Position numbers and translations under genes: made by a program | The notes under the pieces: generated by a model | Seen by the model: the letters and a program-made list of their open reading frames with translations, nothing else | Told to the model about the DNA's origin: nothing | Databases searched by the model: none | Shown here: positions 10,008 to 19,678 of the stretch, piece after piece | Layout: the number at the start of each line of letters is the position of its first letter | Position numbering within the stretch: position 1 is the stretch's first letter | Assembly: GCA_009695205.1 (NCBI GenBank) | Contig: SIBK01000001.1 | Coordinates: 48,690-112,689, forward strand | Origin: Pedosphaera sp. | Lineage (GTDB): Bacteria; Verrucomicrobiota; Verrucomicrobiia; Limisphaerales; UBA9464 | Direction of reading: 5' to 3' | Length of the DNA stretch: 64,000 bases

Positions 10008-12800
10008 CTAGGGGAACTCGAATTCGACCTTGCCCTTGGCACCCAGCACGAGAAACGCGGAAAACGCCTTCCCAGATTTGCTGATAAAGTTGCGCATCTC
10101 CGCGGTCCTGCCGCTGGCGAGAATCCTCATCACCTGCTCGCGATCCACGGGTTGTTGCAGGATCACCTTGCCGCACTTGAATGCGCACCGATTGCTGTCG
10201 GCTTGACTGCGTTCGCAGAGATAGTCCTCCGGGCCTTCAAACACTTTTGATTTGCAAATTGGACAGGCGCCCAGTGGTTCCTGGCCAGAGAAATCCAGTT
10301 TTACGGAGGCCACACCGGCGGCTTTGGATCCGCGGCCCGGCTTTTTCTCACGGGGAGCGAACTCAAAACTCACCTTTCCACTTCCGAGCACCAAGAAGGC
10401 CTCGAACTTCCGACCTGTCTTTTTGGAAACAAACCCCTTTAATAGGTCCGTTTTTCCCTCGGCGAGCAGCTTTACGACCTGCGCCTTTTCAATCGCCTGT
10501 TGCAGGATCACGGCACCCGTCTTGAAATCGCATGTCCGGCCCGGACCTGTCGATTTCTCGCAAACATAGTTCATCCCATTCTCGAACACGCGGGCGCCAC
10601 ACTTCGGACACTTCCCGAGCGGCTCCCGCCCAGTGAAATCGACTGCCTCGGATTTGCCATCCGGACCCGCGCCGTCTCCAAAATCAAACTTCGCTTCAAA
10701 TTCCGGTGTCAGCTTCACCATGGCCGCAAATGGGAATCCCTGGCGGCTACGAAATCCTTGAAGGGGACCAATTTGTTTCTCGCGAATTAGCGTCTCCACT
10801 TCGGAGCCATCAAACTGCCGTCCGGAAACAATCTTCCAAAGGGCGAAGTCGCACTTCTGACACTGGAATTTTTTGTATGTTTCGTGGATCTCCCCGCCGC
10901 ACTTGGGGCACGGGGTCGTCAAGACTCCAAAGTCTCCGGGAATGGTATCGTGTTCGTACGCCTTGGTCTGACCTACAATCCGCTCCGTCAGGGTGCGAAT
11001 CTCGGCCATGAAATCCTCCCGCTTCAACTGCCCACGCTCCATCCGCTTGAGCTGGAATTCCCAGTCCCCGGTCAGTTCCGGTTTGGTTAATTCCTGAATC
11101 CCGAGTCCGTTCAACAGAGCGATCAGCGAAAAGGCCTTCGCCGTTGCAATCAGTTCCCGCTGCTGGCGGAGCAGATACTGCTCGGAAATCAGACCCTCAA
11201 TGATCGATGCCCGCGTCGCGGGGGTGCCCAATCCCCGCTCGCTCATCGCCTCCCGCAGTTCCTCGTCATCCACTAGCTTGCCGGCCCCTTCCATGGCACT
11301 CAGCAGCGTGGCCTCCGTATGCCGCGGCGGCGGCTTTGTCCGGCATTCCCGGACCTCCACATCGCGGGTCTGCACCCGCTCGTTCGACTGCACCGGCACG
11401 AGTGTCGGCTCTTCGTCCTCCGTCTGCGCCTCCTTCCCGTACACCTCCAGCCAGCCGGGCTTCATCAACACCTTGCCCGAACTCTTGAACGGCTCGCCCT
11501 CCACCCGTGTGATCCGCAAAATTTCAAGGAATTCCGCTGCCGGGAAAAAAACCGCCAAGAAACGACGAGTCACCAGATCATACAATTTCTGCTCCGGCTC
11601 GCTCAGGCCGCGGGGAACCTGTCCCGTGGGGATGATCGCAAAGTGGTCGCTGATTTTCGCGTTGTTGAAAATTCGCTTGTTGGGACGAACCCACCCCAAT
11701 GTAAGAATTTTCCCCGCCAACTGTGCGTAAACCGTCTCCTCCAACGATCCCAGTGTCTCCCGGACGGTTCCCATGTAGTCCTCGGGAAGGGCCCGCGAAT
11801 CTGTTCGTGGGTAAGTCAGCGCCTTGTGCTTTTCATAAAGCGCCTGGGCAAGTACCAACGTGTTCTTGGCACTGAAACCAAACCGACCGTTCGCCTCCCG
11901 CTGTAGCGAAGTTAGATCGTACAAGAGCGGTGACATCTGAGTCGTTGGTTTCGTCTCCTCGGTCACAACTCCGATTTTTCCAAGACACTTGGCCCGTATC
12001 GCCTCAGCCTTCGCCTTGTCCCACAGCCTCTCCGACTTTAGCTCTGCATCGGCATCCCGGGCATCCAGTTTCCGGAATGTCTCGTCAAACCACCGCCCAG
12101 GATAGTCTCCAGCAGCAGCGCCAAATGTCCCCAATACCTCCCAGAAATCGCGCGGAACAAACTTTTTAATCCTCGCTTCACGCTCCACCACAATCGCCAA
12201 CGTGGGGGTCTGCACCCGACCCACCGTGGTCAACTGAAATCCTCCGGTCTTGTTGTTGAATGCGGTCATTGCCCGCGTGCCATTGATTCCAACAAGCCAG
12301 TCGGATTCGCTCCGGCACACCGAGGCATCCGCCAAGGGACGCATCTCCTGGTCGGTCCGCAACCCCTTGAAGCCAGCGCGAATCGCCGCCGGGGTCATTG
12401 ATTGCAGCCACAGCCGCTGAAGGGGCTGCCGTGCCCCCGTGTAGCGGATGATGTTGCGGAAAATCAACTCCCCCTCCCGCCCGGCATCACACGCATTGAC
12501 GATCCCGTCGACGTCCTTCCGCTTCAGGAGCTTGGCGAGGGTTTTTAGTTTCCCCTCGCTCTTCTCAATCGGCTTCAATCCGAAATGAGGCGGAATGTGT
12601 GGCAGCCCGCCAAAAGTCCACTTGCCCCGCTTGACGTCGTATTCCTCCGGCACGGTAAGTTCCAAGAGATGCCCGACAGCGGATCCCAACACGTGGTGGT
12701 CGCTCTCGTAGTAGTCCTCGAATTTTTTGAATCCACCTAAAGCCTTGGCAATATCTGCCGCGACGGACGGCTTCTCGGCGATGATTAAGGCTTTTCCCAT
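10008..12800 (-). CDS. topB: DNA topoisomerase III (type IA) with C-terminal Zn-ribbon repeats
   Basis: MGKALIIAEKPSVA, NACDAGREGELI, GRVQTPT, catalytic TYPRTDS and GLGTPATRA, plus repeated CPxC/FxSKxG modules. Start ATG at 12800. Confidence 0.93.
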   Translation of the reverse strand: MGKALIIAEKPSVAADIAKALGGFKKFEDYYESDHHVLGSAVGHLLELTVPEEYDVKRGKWTFGGLPHIPPHFGLKPIEKSEGKLKTLAKLLKRKDVDGIVNACDAGREGELIFRNIIRYTGARQPLQRLWLQSMTPAAIRAGFKGLRTDQEMRPLADASVCRSESDWLVGINGTRAMTAFNNKTGGFQLTTVGRVQTPTLAIVVEREARIKKFVPRDFWEVLGTFGAAAGDYPGRWFDETFRKLDARDADAELKSERLWDKAKAEAIRAKCLGKIGVVTEETKPTTQMSPLLYDLTSLQREANGRFGFSAKNTLVLAQALYEKHKALTYPRTDSRALPEDYMGTVRETLGSLEETVYAQLAGKILTLGWVRPNKRIFNNAKISDHFAIIPTGQVPRGLSEPEQKLYDLVTRRFLAVFFPAAEFLEILRITRVEGEPFKSSGKVLMKPGWLEVYGKEAQTEDEEPTLVPVQSNERVQTRDVEVRECRTKPPPRHTEATLLSAMEGAGKLVDDEELREAMSERGLGTPATRASIIEGLISEQYLLRQQRELIATAKAFSLIALLNGLGIQELTKPELTGDWEFQLKRMERGQLKREDFMAEIRTLTERIVGQTKAYEHDTIPGDFGVLTTPCPKCGGEIHETYKKFQCQKCDFALWKIVSGRQFDGSEVETLIREKQIGPLQGFRSRQGFPFAAMVKLTPEFEAKFDFGDGAGPDGKSEAVDFTGREPLGKCPKCGARVFENGMNYVCEKSTGPGRTCDFKTGAVILQQAIEKAQVVKLLAEGKTDLLKGFVSKKTGRKFEAFLVLGSGKVSFEFAPREKKPGRGSKAAGVASVKLDFSGQEPLGACPICKSKVFEGPEDYLCERSQADSNRCAFKCGKVILQQPVDREQVMRILASGRTAEMRNFISKSGKAFSAFLVLGAKGKVEFEFP

Positions 12801-12937
12801 AAGGAATGGGCGGACGTGTAGCCCCCGCACTCCTATTCCTGCAAGTGTTACTTTCTTGAAATTTTTCCTGAGAGCCTCGAAATCATGGCTCCCTGAACCC
12901 TGAAAGGCAACCCAGACGGCCTCGCTCCCCCGTTTCG

Positions 12938-13942
12938 GTGTTCCTCTTTCCGGCCCTTCTTGATTCAACCGGCGATGTCCGAGGCGGACTGAAAACGCAA
13001 CGGGATCGGCCGTCACCGGGGGCGCCCGAAAATGCAGTTCTTGTGAATCGCTCTGTTTTCTGCGATGAGTGGGTCGTGGCTCGGTTTCTTCAATTTATTG
13101 CCCTTGCGTGCTGGATGACTTTTCCACTGCGGGCACAATTTGGCGGATTCTTGGGCGGCGGCGAGATCGACGTTAGCGAGGACACACGCACGGCCCGGGC
13201 GATTGATACCCGCAGCACCGGAACTCCGAATTGGACCAACGCCACCGGCTTCGGGAAAGAGGCGTTCACCTTTGCCCGGCTTCGCTATGACAAAGATCCG
13301 GTTCATCGACCCATTGGACACACAGGCGGGTGGACCACCGATCTGCCCGACAGCGACCTGAACCTGTCGTTTCGCTTGCGGCAGATGACTTCACTGATGG
13401 TGGATCCAGACGGCCGCCTGCTCCGGGCCACCAATGTAGATCTGGTTAATTACCCCTTCCTGTTCGCGTCCGCGCCCGGGGCGCTACATCTGACGGAGCC
13501 AGAGGCCACCGCACTCAAGAAATACCTTCTCAACGGCGGCTTCCTCCTCATGGACGATTTCTGGGGTGAACGGGAATGGGCTAACTGCGAGACTGTGATG
13601 AAACTGGTCTTCCCGGACCGCAGTTTTTTTGAATTGCCCCTGGTTCATCCACTCTACCACGGTGTTTTTGAGATCAAAGCAAAGTATCAAAATGCCAACG
13701 TCGGGATGGGAATTCGCAGTGAACATACGGGCGTGACGTGGGAACGGCCGGACGCCAAGGAAGTACACCACCGAGGCATCGAGGACGACAAAGGCCGCCT
13801 TATGGTGCTCACGCTGCACAATACCGACACGGCGGACGGCTGGGAGCGGGAGGGCGAAAGCGACTATTACTTCCACAACTTCTCCGAGAAAATTGCCTAC
13901 CCACTGGGTGTGAACATCATCTTCTATGCAATGACCCACTGA
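12938..13942 (+). CDS. DUF4159-family protein
   Basis: FTFARLRY, W-TD-PDSDLNL, YLLNGGFL-DDFWG and LGVNIIFYAMTH motifs. The true start is probably about 130 nt downstream of 12938. Confidence 0.8.
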   Translation: MFLFPALLDSTGDVRGGLKTQRDRPSPGAPENAVLVNRSVFCDEWVVARFLQFIALACWMTFPLRAQFGGFLGGGEIDVSEDTRTARAIDTRSTGTPNWTNATGFGKEAFTFARLRYDKDPVHRPIGHTGGWTTDLPDSDLNLSFRLRQMTSLMVDPDGRLLRATNVDLVNYPFLFASAPGALHLTEPEATALKKYLLNGGFLLMDDFWGEREWANCETVMKLVFPDRSFFELPLVHPLYHGVFEIKAKYQNANVGMGIRSEHTGVTWERPDAKEVHHRGIEDDKGRLMVLTLHNTDTADGWEREGESDYYFHNFSEKIAYPLGVNIIFYAMTH

Positions 13943-14122
13943 CCGGCGTTAGCGAGAAGTCAAGAACCACGATTGGCACGACTCTCACTCAAGTAGCCGC
14001 GTCGTTGAACGCGGTGTTCGGCTGATCGCTCCCGCAGACGCCAATTCTTTTTTTCGGCTGATCGGAACTCAGATTGTGTCGCCGCCTCTCGTTTCCGGTC
14101 CCACCTTGAAGGCATCTAATCA

Positions 14123-15376
14123 TTGGTGAACGAACTCAGCTCCATTCTGAAGGTCTGGTGGGACGACAGACCCGGCTGTGCGACTTCCATGCTCGCCACG
14201 GTGGTTCACGTCGTCGGTTCCGCCTACCGGCGTCCCGGGGCGCGCATGCTTATCCTGCCGGACGGACGGCGACTCGGCACTATCAGCGGCGGATGCCTCG
14301 AGGGCGATGTCGCCCGCAAGGCTTCCAGGTGGACTTCAAACACAGGTAAGGCGCTCCGCGTCTTCGACAACACCACCGAGGATGCTGCCTGGGAATTTGG
14401 CTTGGGATGCAATGGGGTAATTTCCGTTCTGCTCGAAAGACTCGAGAACGGGCAAGTCGGAGCAATGCTTGATTTCCTGGATGCCCGGCAGGCAGCCAAG
14501 CAGCCCGCGGTCGTGGCGACCGTCATTCGCTGTGCCAACGAGCACGATTGCGAAGTAGGCGACCGACTCCTCTGCGATGCGGAAGGGTCCGTTGGCGGAG
14601 CACTTGACGGCTCGGATCTTGAGACCGATCTTTCTCCGGCAATCCAGGCTGCGTTCCGCGATCGCACCCACCGGCTCGTCAATCTTTCGTCGATGGAAAT
14701 CTTCGTGGAGTGGGTTGGCGCCCCTCAAAGGCTGGTGATCGTTGGGTCCGGCCATGATGTGATGCATTTGGTAAGCATCGCGAATCTCATGGGCTGGAGC
14801 GTGACGGTTGCCGACCGACCCTCCGCTTACGTCCAGCCTAATCGCTTCCCAGGCGCGGCGAAGGTGATCGCCCTGCCAGCGTCGGGCGGGATTGATGCCC
14901 TTGAAATCGACACCGAGACGGCCGTCGTCGTCATGACTCACAACTTTCCGCAGGACCGATTGTTGTTGCCACATCTGCTTCGGAAGCGCCCCCGTTATCT
15001 CGGACTTTTGGGACCCAAAAGCCGGGCAGAGAATCTCTTCCTGGAGAACGGTGAGGATCTTCGTCAGTGGGACGTGCACGCCCCGATCGAACTGGATATC
15101 GGGAGCGACCATCCTCAGACGGTGGCGCTGTCGATTGTCTCGGAAATTTAATCCGTCTTGACGGGCCGACCTTCGGGTTCATTGCGCCATCGCCACGGCC
15201 CCATTCACGGCCCTCCCACGGAGTGGGGCAACCCAGGCGCGGGGGGATCGAGCAGTCCCCGGAGAGATCGTCATTCCGTCCTGCTCCACCGACGTCTATA
15301 TCCATTATACCTAATATTGGACTCATCCTTTTGGCTGCGGGCGAGTCCTCGCGAATGGGGCAGCCGAAACAGTTGA
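14123..15376 (+). pseudogene. xdhC: XdhC/CoxI molybdenum-cofactor maturation factor with probable premature stop
   Basis: GSAYRRPGARM, ISGGCLE, GLGCNG and MTHN motifs. TAA at 15149-15151 interrupts SIVSEI*SVLTGRPSGSLR...GPIH, a family-like C-terminal tail that continues in frame. Confidence 0.75.
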
Positions 15377-15882
15377 TGGAGTTTCAAGGAAAACCTCTGA
15401 TTCGCCATGCCGCCGAAACGGCCTTGGCCTCCGTGTGCCGGCCGGTTGTGGTCGTGCTGGGCGCATTCGCGGAGGGGATCGCGCCTGCTCTTGCAGGACT
15501 CCCGGTCGAACTTGTATACAACCGAAACTGGGAGCTGGGCATTGGCACCTCGATCCATGCTGGAATCGAGGCCGTCGCAAAACACGATGTGCAAGGCGCA
15601 ATCCTATGCCTCGCGGATCAACCGCTGATCTCCGCAGCCATCTATAATTGCCTCGTTGCCACCCATGCCACGGCTGGCCGCGACATTGTCACGTCGGAAT
15701 ACTCCGGAACGGTCGGTGTTCCAGTTTTGTTCGGACGGGCGCTTTTTCCACGCCTGACTGGACTGGCGCCAGACAAGGGGTGCAAGGGGGTCAACCTGGA
15801 TCACCTCGAACAGACCTTGCGAATCCCGTGTCCGGAGGCGGAAACGGATATAGACTCGCCCGGAGATTTGGAGCGGCTTTGA
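15307..15882 (+). CDS. mocA: MocA-like molybdopterin cytidylyltransferase (start codon possibly degenerate ATA)
   Basis: [21 protein letters not shown] and DIDSPGDL motifs. An in-frame ATA at 15307 lies where an ATG is expected. Confidence 0.75.
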   Translation: MPNIGLILLAAGESSRMGQPKQLMEFQGKPLIRHAAETALASVCRPVVVVLGAFAEGIAPALAGLPVELVYNRNWELGIGTSIHAGIEAVAKHDVQGAILCLADQPLISAAIYNCLVATHATAGRDIVTSEYSGTVGVPVLFGRALFPRLTGLAPDKGCKGVNLDHLEQTLRIPCPEAETDIDSPGDLERL

Positions 15883-15931
15883 ACGCGATGACCCGTCGCT
15901 GCCGCCCGGCCTCGTGCCACTCAGTACCGTC

Positions 15932-17092
15932 GTGAAGCCGTCCATCTACATGGATTACCATTCCACGACGCCGGTCGATCCGCGCGTCTTCGAAGCCATG
16001 CGTCCATACTTCATGTAGCTTTTTGGAAATCCTTCCAGCCGCAGTCACCGCTTTGGCTGGGAGGCGGAGGAAGCGGTTCAGCGAGCCAGCCAGCAGGTGG
16101 CGGACCTGATTGGCGCCACACCCCAGGAGATCGTGTTCACGAATGGCGCCACCGAATCGAACAACCTGGCTCTCAAGGGCGTCTTCGAAATGATTCCCAG
16201 CCGCGGACGTCATCTGATCACGGTTGCGACGGAGCACCGCTCGGTGCTCGATGCCTGCCAGACGCTGGAACGGCGAGGCCCGCGCATCACGGTCCTCCCG
16301 GTAGATCGAGAGCGCCGGCTTGATCTGGATCAGATTCGGACCGCGGTGCTCCCGGATACGGCTCTCATCAGTGTGATCTATGCGAACAACGAAATTGGCG
16401 TGCTGCAACCGATCGGGAAGATCGGACGCATCGCCAGCGAGTGCGGAGTGCTGTTCCATTGCGACGCCGTCCAGGCCGCCGGCCAACTGTCGGTCAATGT
16501 CCAGCGTGACGAGATCGATCTCCTTTCGTTGAGCGCCCACAAGATCTACGGGCCGAAAGGTGTGGGAGCGCTCTATGTGCGCAAACGGGACCCTCCGGTG
16601 GAACTGACAGCACAGATTGACGGCGGAGGCCATGAACGCGGGTTGAGGTCTGGCACGTTGAATGTTCCGGGCATCGTCGGATTCGGTGAAGCCTGCCGGA
16701 TCGCCCGACTAACGATGCACGATGAAGCGAAGCGGATCGGAGTCCTGCGAAATCGACTTCGAGACCGACTGCTGGCGGGCCTCGATGGTATATATATCAA
16801 CGGCAGCCTTCGGGACCGTTTGCCTAATAATCTCAGCATGAGTTTTGCCGGCGTGGACGGGGAAGCATTGCTGATGAGCTTGGGCGACATCTCGGTGTCG
16901 CGCGGTTCAGCCTGTTCTTCCGCCCGGAAGGAAATCAGCCACGTGTTGAAGGCTCTGGGTGTTGAGGACTCCCTGGCCCAAGCGACCCTGCGTTTCGGTT
17001 TGGGCCGTTTCACGACGGAACAGGAAGTGGATGTGGCCACCGAGAGAACGCTTGAGGCCGTGCGGAATCTGCGTGCGAATCCCAGGGATTGA
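15932..17092 (+). pseudogene. iscS: IscS/NifS cysteine desulfurase interrupted by TAG
   Basis: GTG at 15932 gives [34 protein letters not shown] with TAG at 16016-16018. The same frame continues FTNGATESNN, SAHKIYGPKG and GSAC. Confidence 0.85.
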
Positions 17093-17292
17093 GAATTTCC
17101 ACCTGGAAACCGCATGAGTTTCTTGAATTTTTGTATGGGCCGGAAAGATCGGCTCGGCTTTTTTGAAGTGCTCCGCTTCCATCGGTGGATGTCAGCCCTG
17201 TTTCATTCGTATGCGAAAACCATGCGTTGGTTTTGGGGTTCAGGCGTTTCCTCCACCGGTGAATGACCGAAAAACCTTGAGAAAGCTCCCCA

Positions 17293-17778
17293 ATGTCGAC
17301 GTACAAACTCATTGTGAACGGATCCCCTCGCGAAGTTGAGGCGGATTCCAAGACAAAGTTGCTCTGGGTCCTGCGCGATACGCTCGGACTCACCGGCACA
17401 AAATTCGGCTGCGGAATCAGCGAATGCGGGGCTTGTTCCGTTCACATCAATGGAGAATCCATGCGCTCCTGCTAGAAGACCATTGAGTTCGCTTATGGAA
17501 AAGAGATCACGACAATTGAAGGGCTCTCTCCGGATCGAAACCACCCTCTTCAGCGTGCTTGGATGGATCTGGAAGTTCCCCCAGTGCGGGTGCTGCGAAT
17601 TCATGAAATGCCGCAGGTGAACGTGTTTACTGTCAAGAGTGGCGAACCTCCCAGTGGCATGGGGGAGCCAACATTGCCACCGATTGCGCCCGCAGTGGCC
17701 AATGCCGTATTCGCCGCGATTGGCAAACGGATTCGACGGCTTCCCATTCGAAAAGAAGACCTTACCACCGGTGGATAA
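17293..17778 (+). pseudogene. Remnant of IorA (2Fe-2S subunit) fused by deletion to the C-terminus of IorB (molybdopterin subunit)
   Basis: LRDTLGLTGTKFGCGISECGAC, TAG at 17473-17475, then ITTIEGL...HPLQRAW...VP(QCG), followed directly by VLRIHEMP...GMGEP...[20 protein letters not shown]. Confidence 0.85.
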
Positions 17779-17871
17779 AAGCCCAACCGGGCTTCCAGCG
17801 GTGTGGGGACTTCCGCCGTGCCCTTCAACCGTTCTTGCGCGAATCCACTTTGAAGCGTAGTCAATAGCTCG

Positions 17872-18528
17872 TTGAATCGCTGGCGACCAATCCTGGCCTT
17901 GTTCCTCGCGCTCGCGTGGATGCCAATGTTGCATTCCTGCGAAGTCGCGCATGCGCTGGGTATTGAGTTGCCTCATCAAGACAATTGCGGTCCGTCTCGC
18001 GAATCCCCCGGAGGTAACTGTGATCATTGCAGTTTCTGTCTGACAATGGACTCCGACGGAGTGGTGCCGTCATCAGCGCGAGTGGCCATTCCCAATTTCG
18101 ATGCAGGCTCTGTGCAGTGTGAATCTGTGTGGACCGCGCCGTTAATCGAGCCCTCGGCTGCGGCCCGCGTCCTGCCACCGAGTGAGCCCGACCGCCCACC
18201 TCAACGGTGGCGGTTCACCGAACGCGCGGCCATGCCGCCGCCGCCCGCCTGCCCTCCGCCCCTAACTCTGCCTGGCGCAGGTTACCCGTCTGTCCGGACC
18301 GCATTCGCGTGCCCGGATCTCTCCCTTTCCGCCCTATGCCTTTCCTGTTATGCCTCATTTAAAATCCTATCCGCTATCTGCCAAGTTTTCTGCCCTCCTA
18401 GTTTCCTGTATCGCCAGCATCTTGCTGGCGCGGGCCGCCGATCCAACCCTCATTCCACCGCTAACCCTTTCAGATCTCGTCGACGAAGCATTAACCCATC
18501 ATCCAGAGCTGCGATTTTACAAGGCTGA
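17872..18528 (+). CDS. Signal-peptide/CxxC/proline-rich small protein upstream of metal efflux genes (DUF2946-like); 3' end uncertain
   Basis: Hydrophobic N-terminus, HSCE, CDHCSFC and WRFTERAAMPPPP. The frame overlaps czcC by 179 nt, while a +1 frame ends at TAA 18263-18265. Confidence 0.55.
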   Translation: MNRWRPILALFLALAWMPMLHSCEVAHALGIELPHQDNCGPSRESPGGNCDHCSFCLTMDSDGVVPSSARVAIPNFDAGSVQCESVWTAPLIEPSAAARVLPPSEPDRPPQRWRFTERAAMPPPPACPPPLTLPGAGYPSVRTAFACPDLSLSALCLSCYASFKILSAICQVFCPPSFLYRQHLAGAGRRSNPHSTANPFRSRRRSINPSSRAAILQG

Positions 18529-19678
18529 AGTCGCCGTAGCGAAGGCTGGACACCACAATGCTGGGCGGCTGACGAACCCGGAACTTTCCGGGACTCTCGG
18601 CCAGAATCGAGTGCGTGATACGGCCGCAAAAGTATCCGGTGAAGGCGTCGCGTGGTCGGTGGGGCTCATGCAACAGTTCGAATGGCCCGGTCGTATCGGA
18701 CTTCGCAAGGCCATCGCCAATCAGAATATCGCGCTCGCCGAACTGGGTTTGGCGCGGTTCAAGGCGGCGCTCGCAAACCGCGTCCGGACACTCGGTTATA
18801 CGTTGGGTTCGGCCGTTGAGCAGGCGACGGTAAGCCGCGAGGTTGCAGAACGCCTCCGCGCCCTCCGCGAGGTGCTCGTGCAACGCGACCCATCGGGCCC
18901 CACTCCGCTGCTGGAAACGCGCATCATCGAAGCCACCGAACTCATCGCCCAGCGTGCCGCTTCGGAAGCCGAGCTCGCGGTCACCCACGCGCTCATTGAC
19001 CTCAACCAGCTTCGTGGCCGCAGTCCCGGCGCACCGCTCGCTTTGGCGACTTCAACACCGGTGTTCTATCCGGCGCCTGGGCTGGATGGGTTGTTGTCTG
19101 CTGCGTACACTAACAATTTCGACCTGCGCCTCCGCACATCCGAATTGGAGCAGCAGGGATTCCGCGTCGAGTTGGCTCGCAACGAGCGCTATCCCTCGTT
19201 CACGGTGGGTCCGACGTTGACCGAGGAGAACGCAGGGGATCGCCAGCGCATCCTCGGCCTCGCCGTCAGCATCCCTTTACCGCTCTGGAGCAACAACCGG
19301 GCGATTGTGGACGTGGCCAAGGCGCGACAATTGCAGGCGGAAGCGTCGTTGCAGGCCACCCAACGTGAACTGGACCGACAGATAGCTACGGCCGCGCGAA
19401 CCTACGAGGCGAAGCTCGCCGTGCTCTTCCGCTGGCGTGGCGATGCCATTGCTCACTTTCGCGAGGCTGCGGATACCGCCGACAAACATTATCGGTTGAG
19501 CGCTGTCCCGATGACCACTTACGTCGAATTACAGCGACAATACGTCGACGCTGTGAACGCGTTGCTCTCCACTCGACGCGAAGCTCTCGAGGCTGCTGCA
19601 CAGCTGGAAATTCTCACCGGCCTGACGGAACCACTAGTGGGTTGGAGTCTCGAAACGAAGCAGGAGATCGGGAAATGA
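18350..19678 (+). CDS. TolC/CzcC-family outer membrane efflux protein
   Basis: Signal peptide, OEP repeats (NPEL, SIPLPLW) and an ATGA overlap with the RND gene. Confidence 0.88.
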   Translation: MPHLKSYPLSAKFSALLVSCIASILLARAADPTLIPPLTLSDLVDEALTHHPELRFYKAEVAVAKAGHHNAGRLTNPELSGTLGQNRVRDTAAKVSGEGVAWSVGLMQQFEWPGRIGLRKAIANQNIALAELGLARFKAALANRVRTLGYTLGSAVEQATVSREVAERLRALREVLVQRDPSGPTPLLETRIIEATELIAQRAASEAELAVTHALIDLNQLRGRSPGAPLALATSTPVFYPAPGLDGLLSAAYTNNFDLRLRTSELEQQGFRVELARNERYPSFTVGPTLTEENAGDRQRILGLAVSIPLPLWSNNRAIVDVAKARQLQAEASLQATQRELDRQIATAARTYEAKLAVLFRWRGDAIAHFREAADTADKHYRLSAVPMTTYVELQRQYVDAVNALLSTRREALEAAAQLEILTGLTEPLVGWSLETKQEIGK

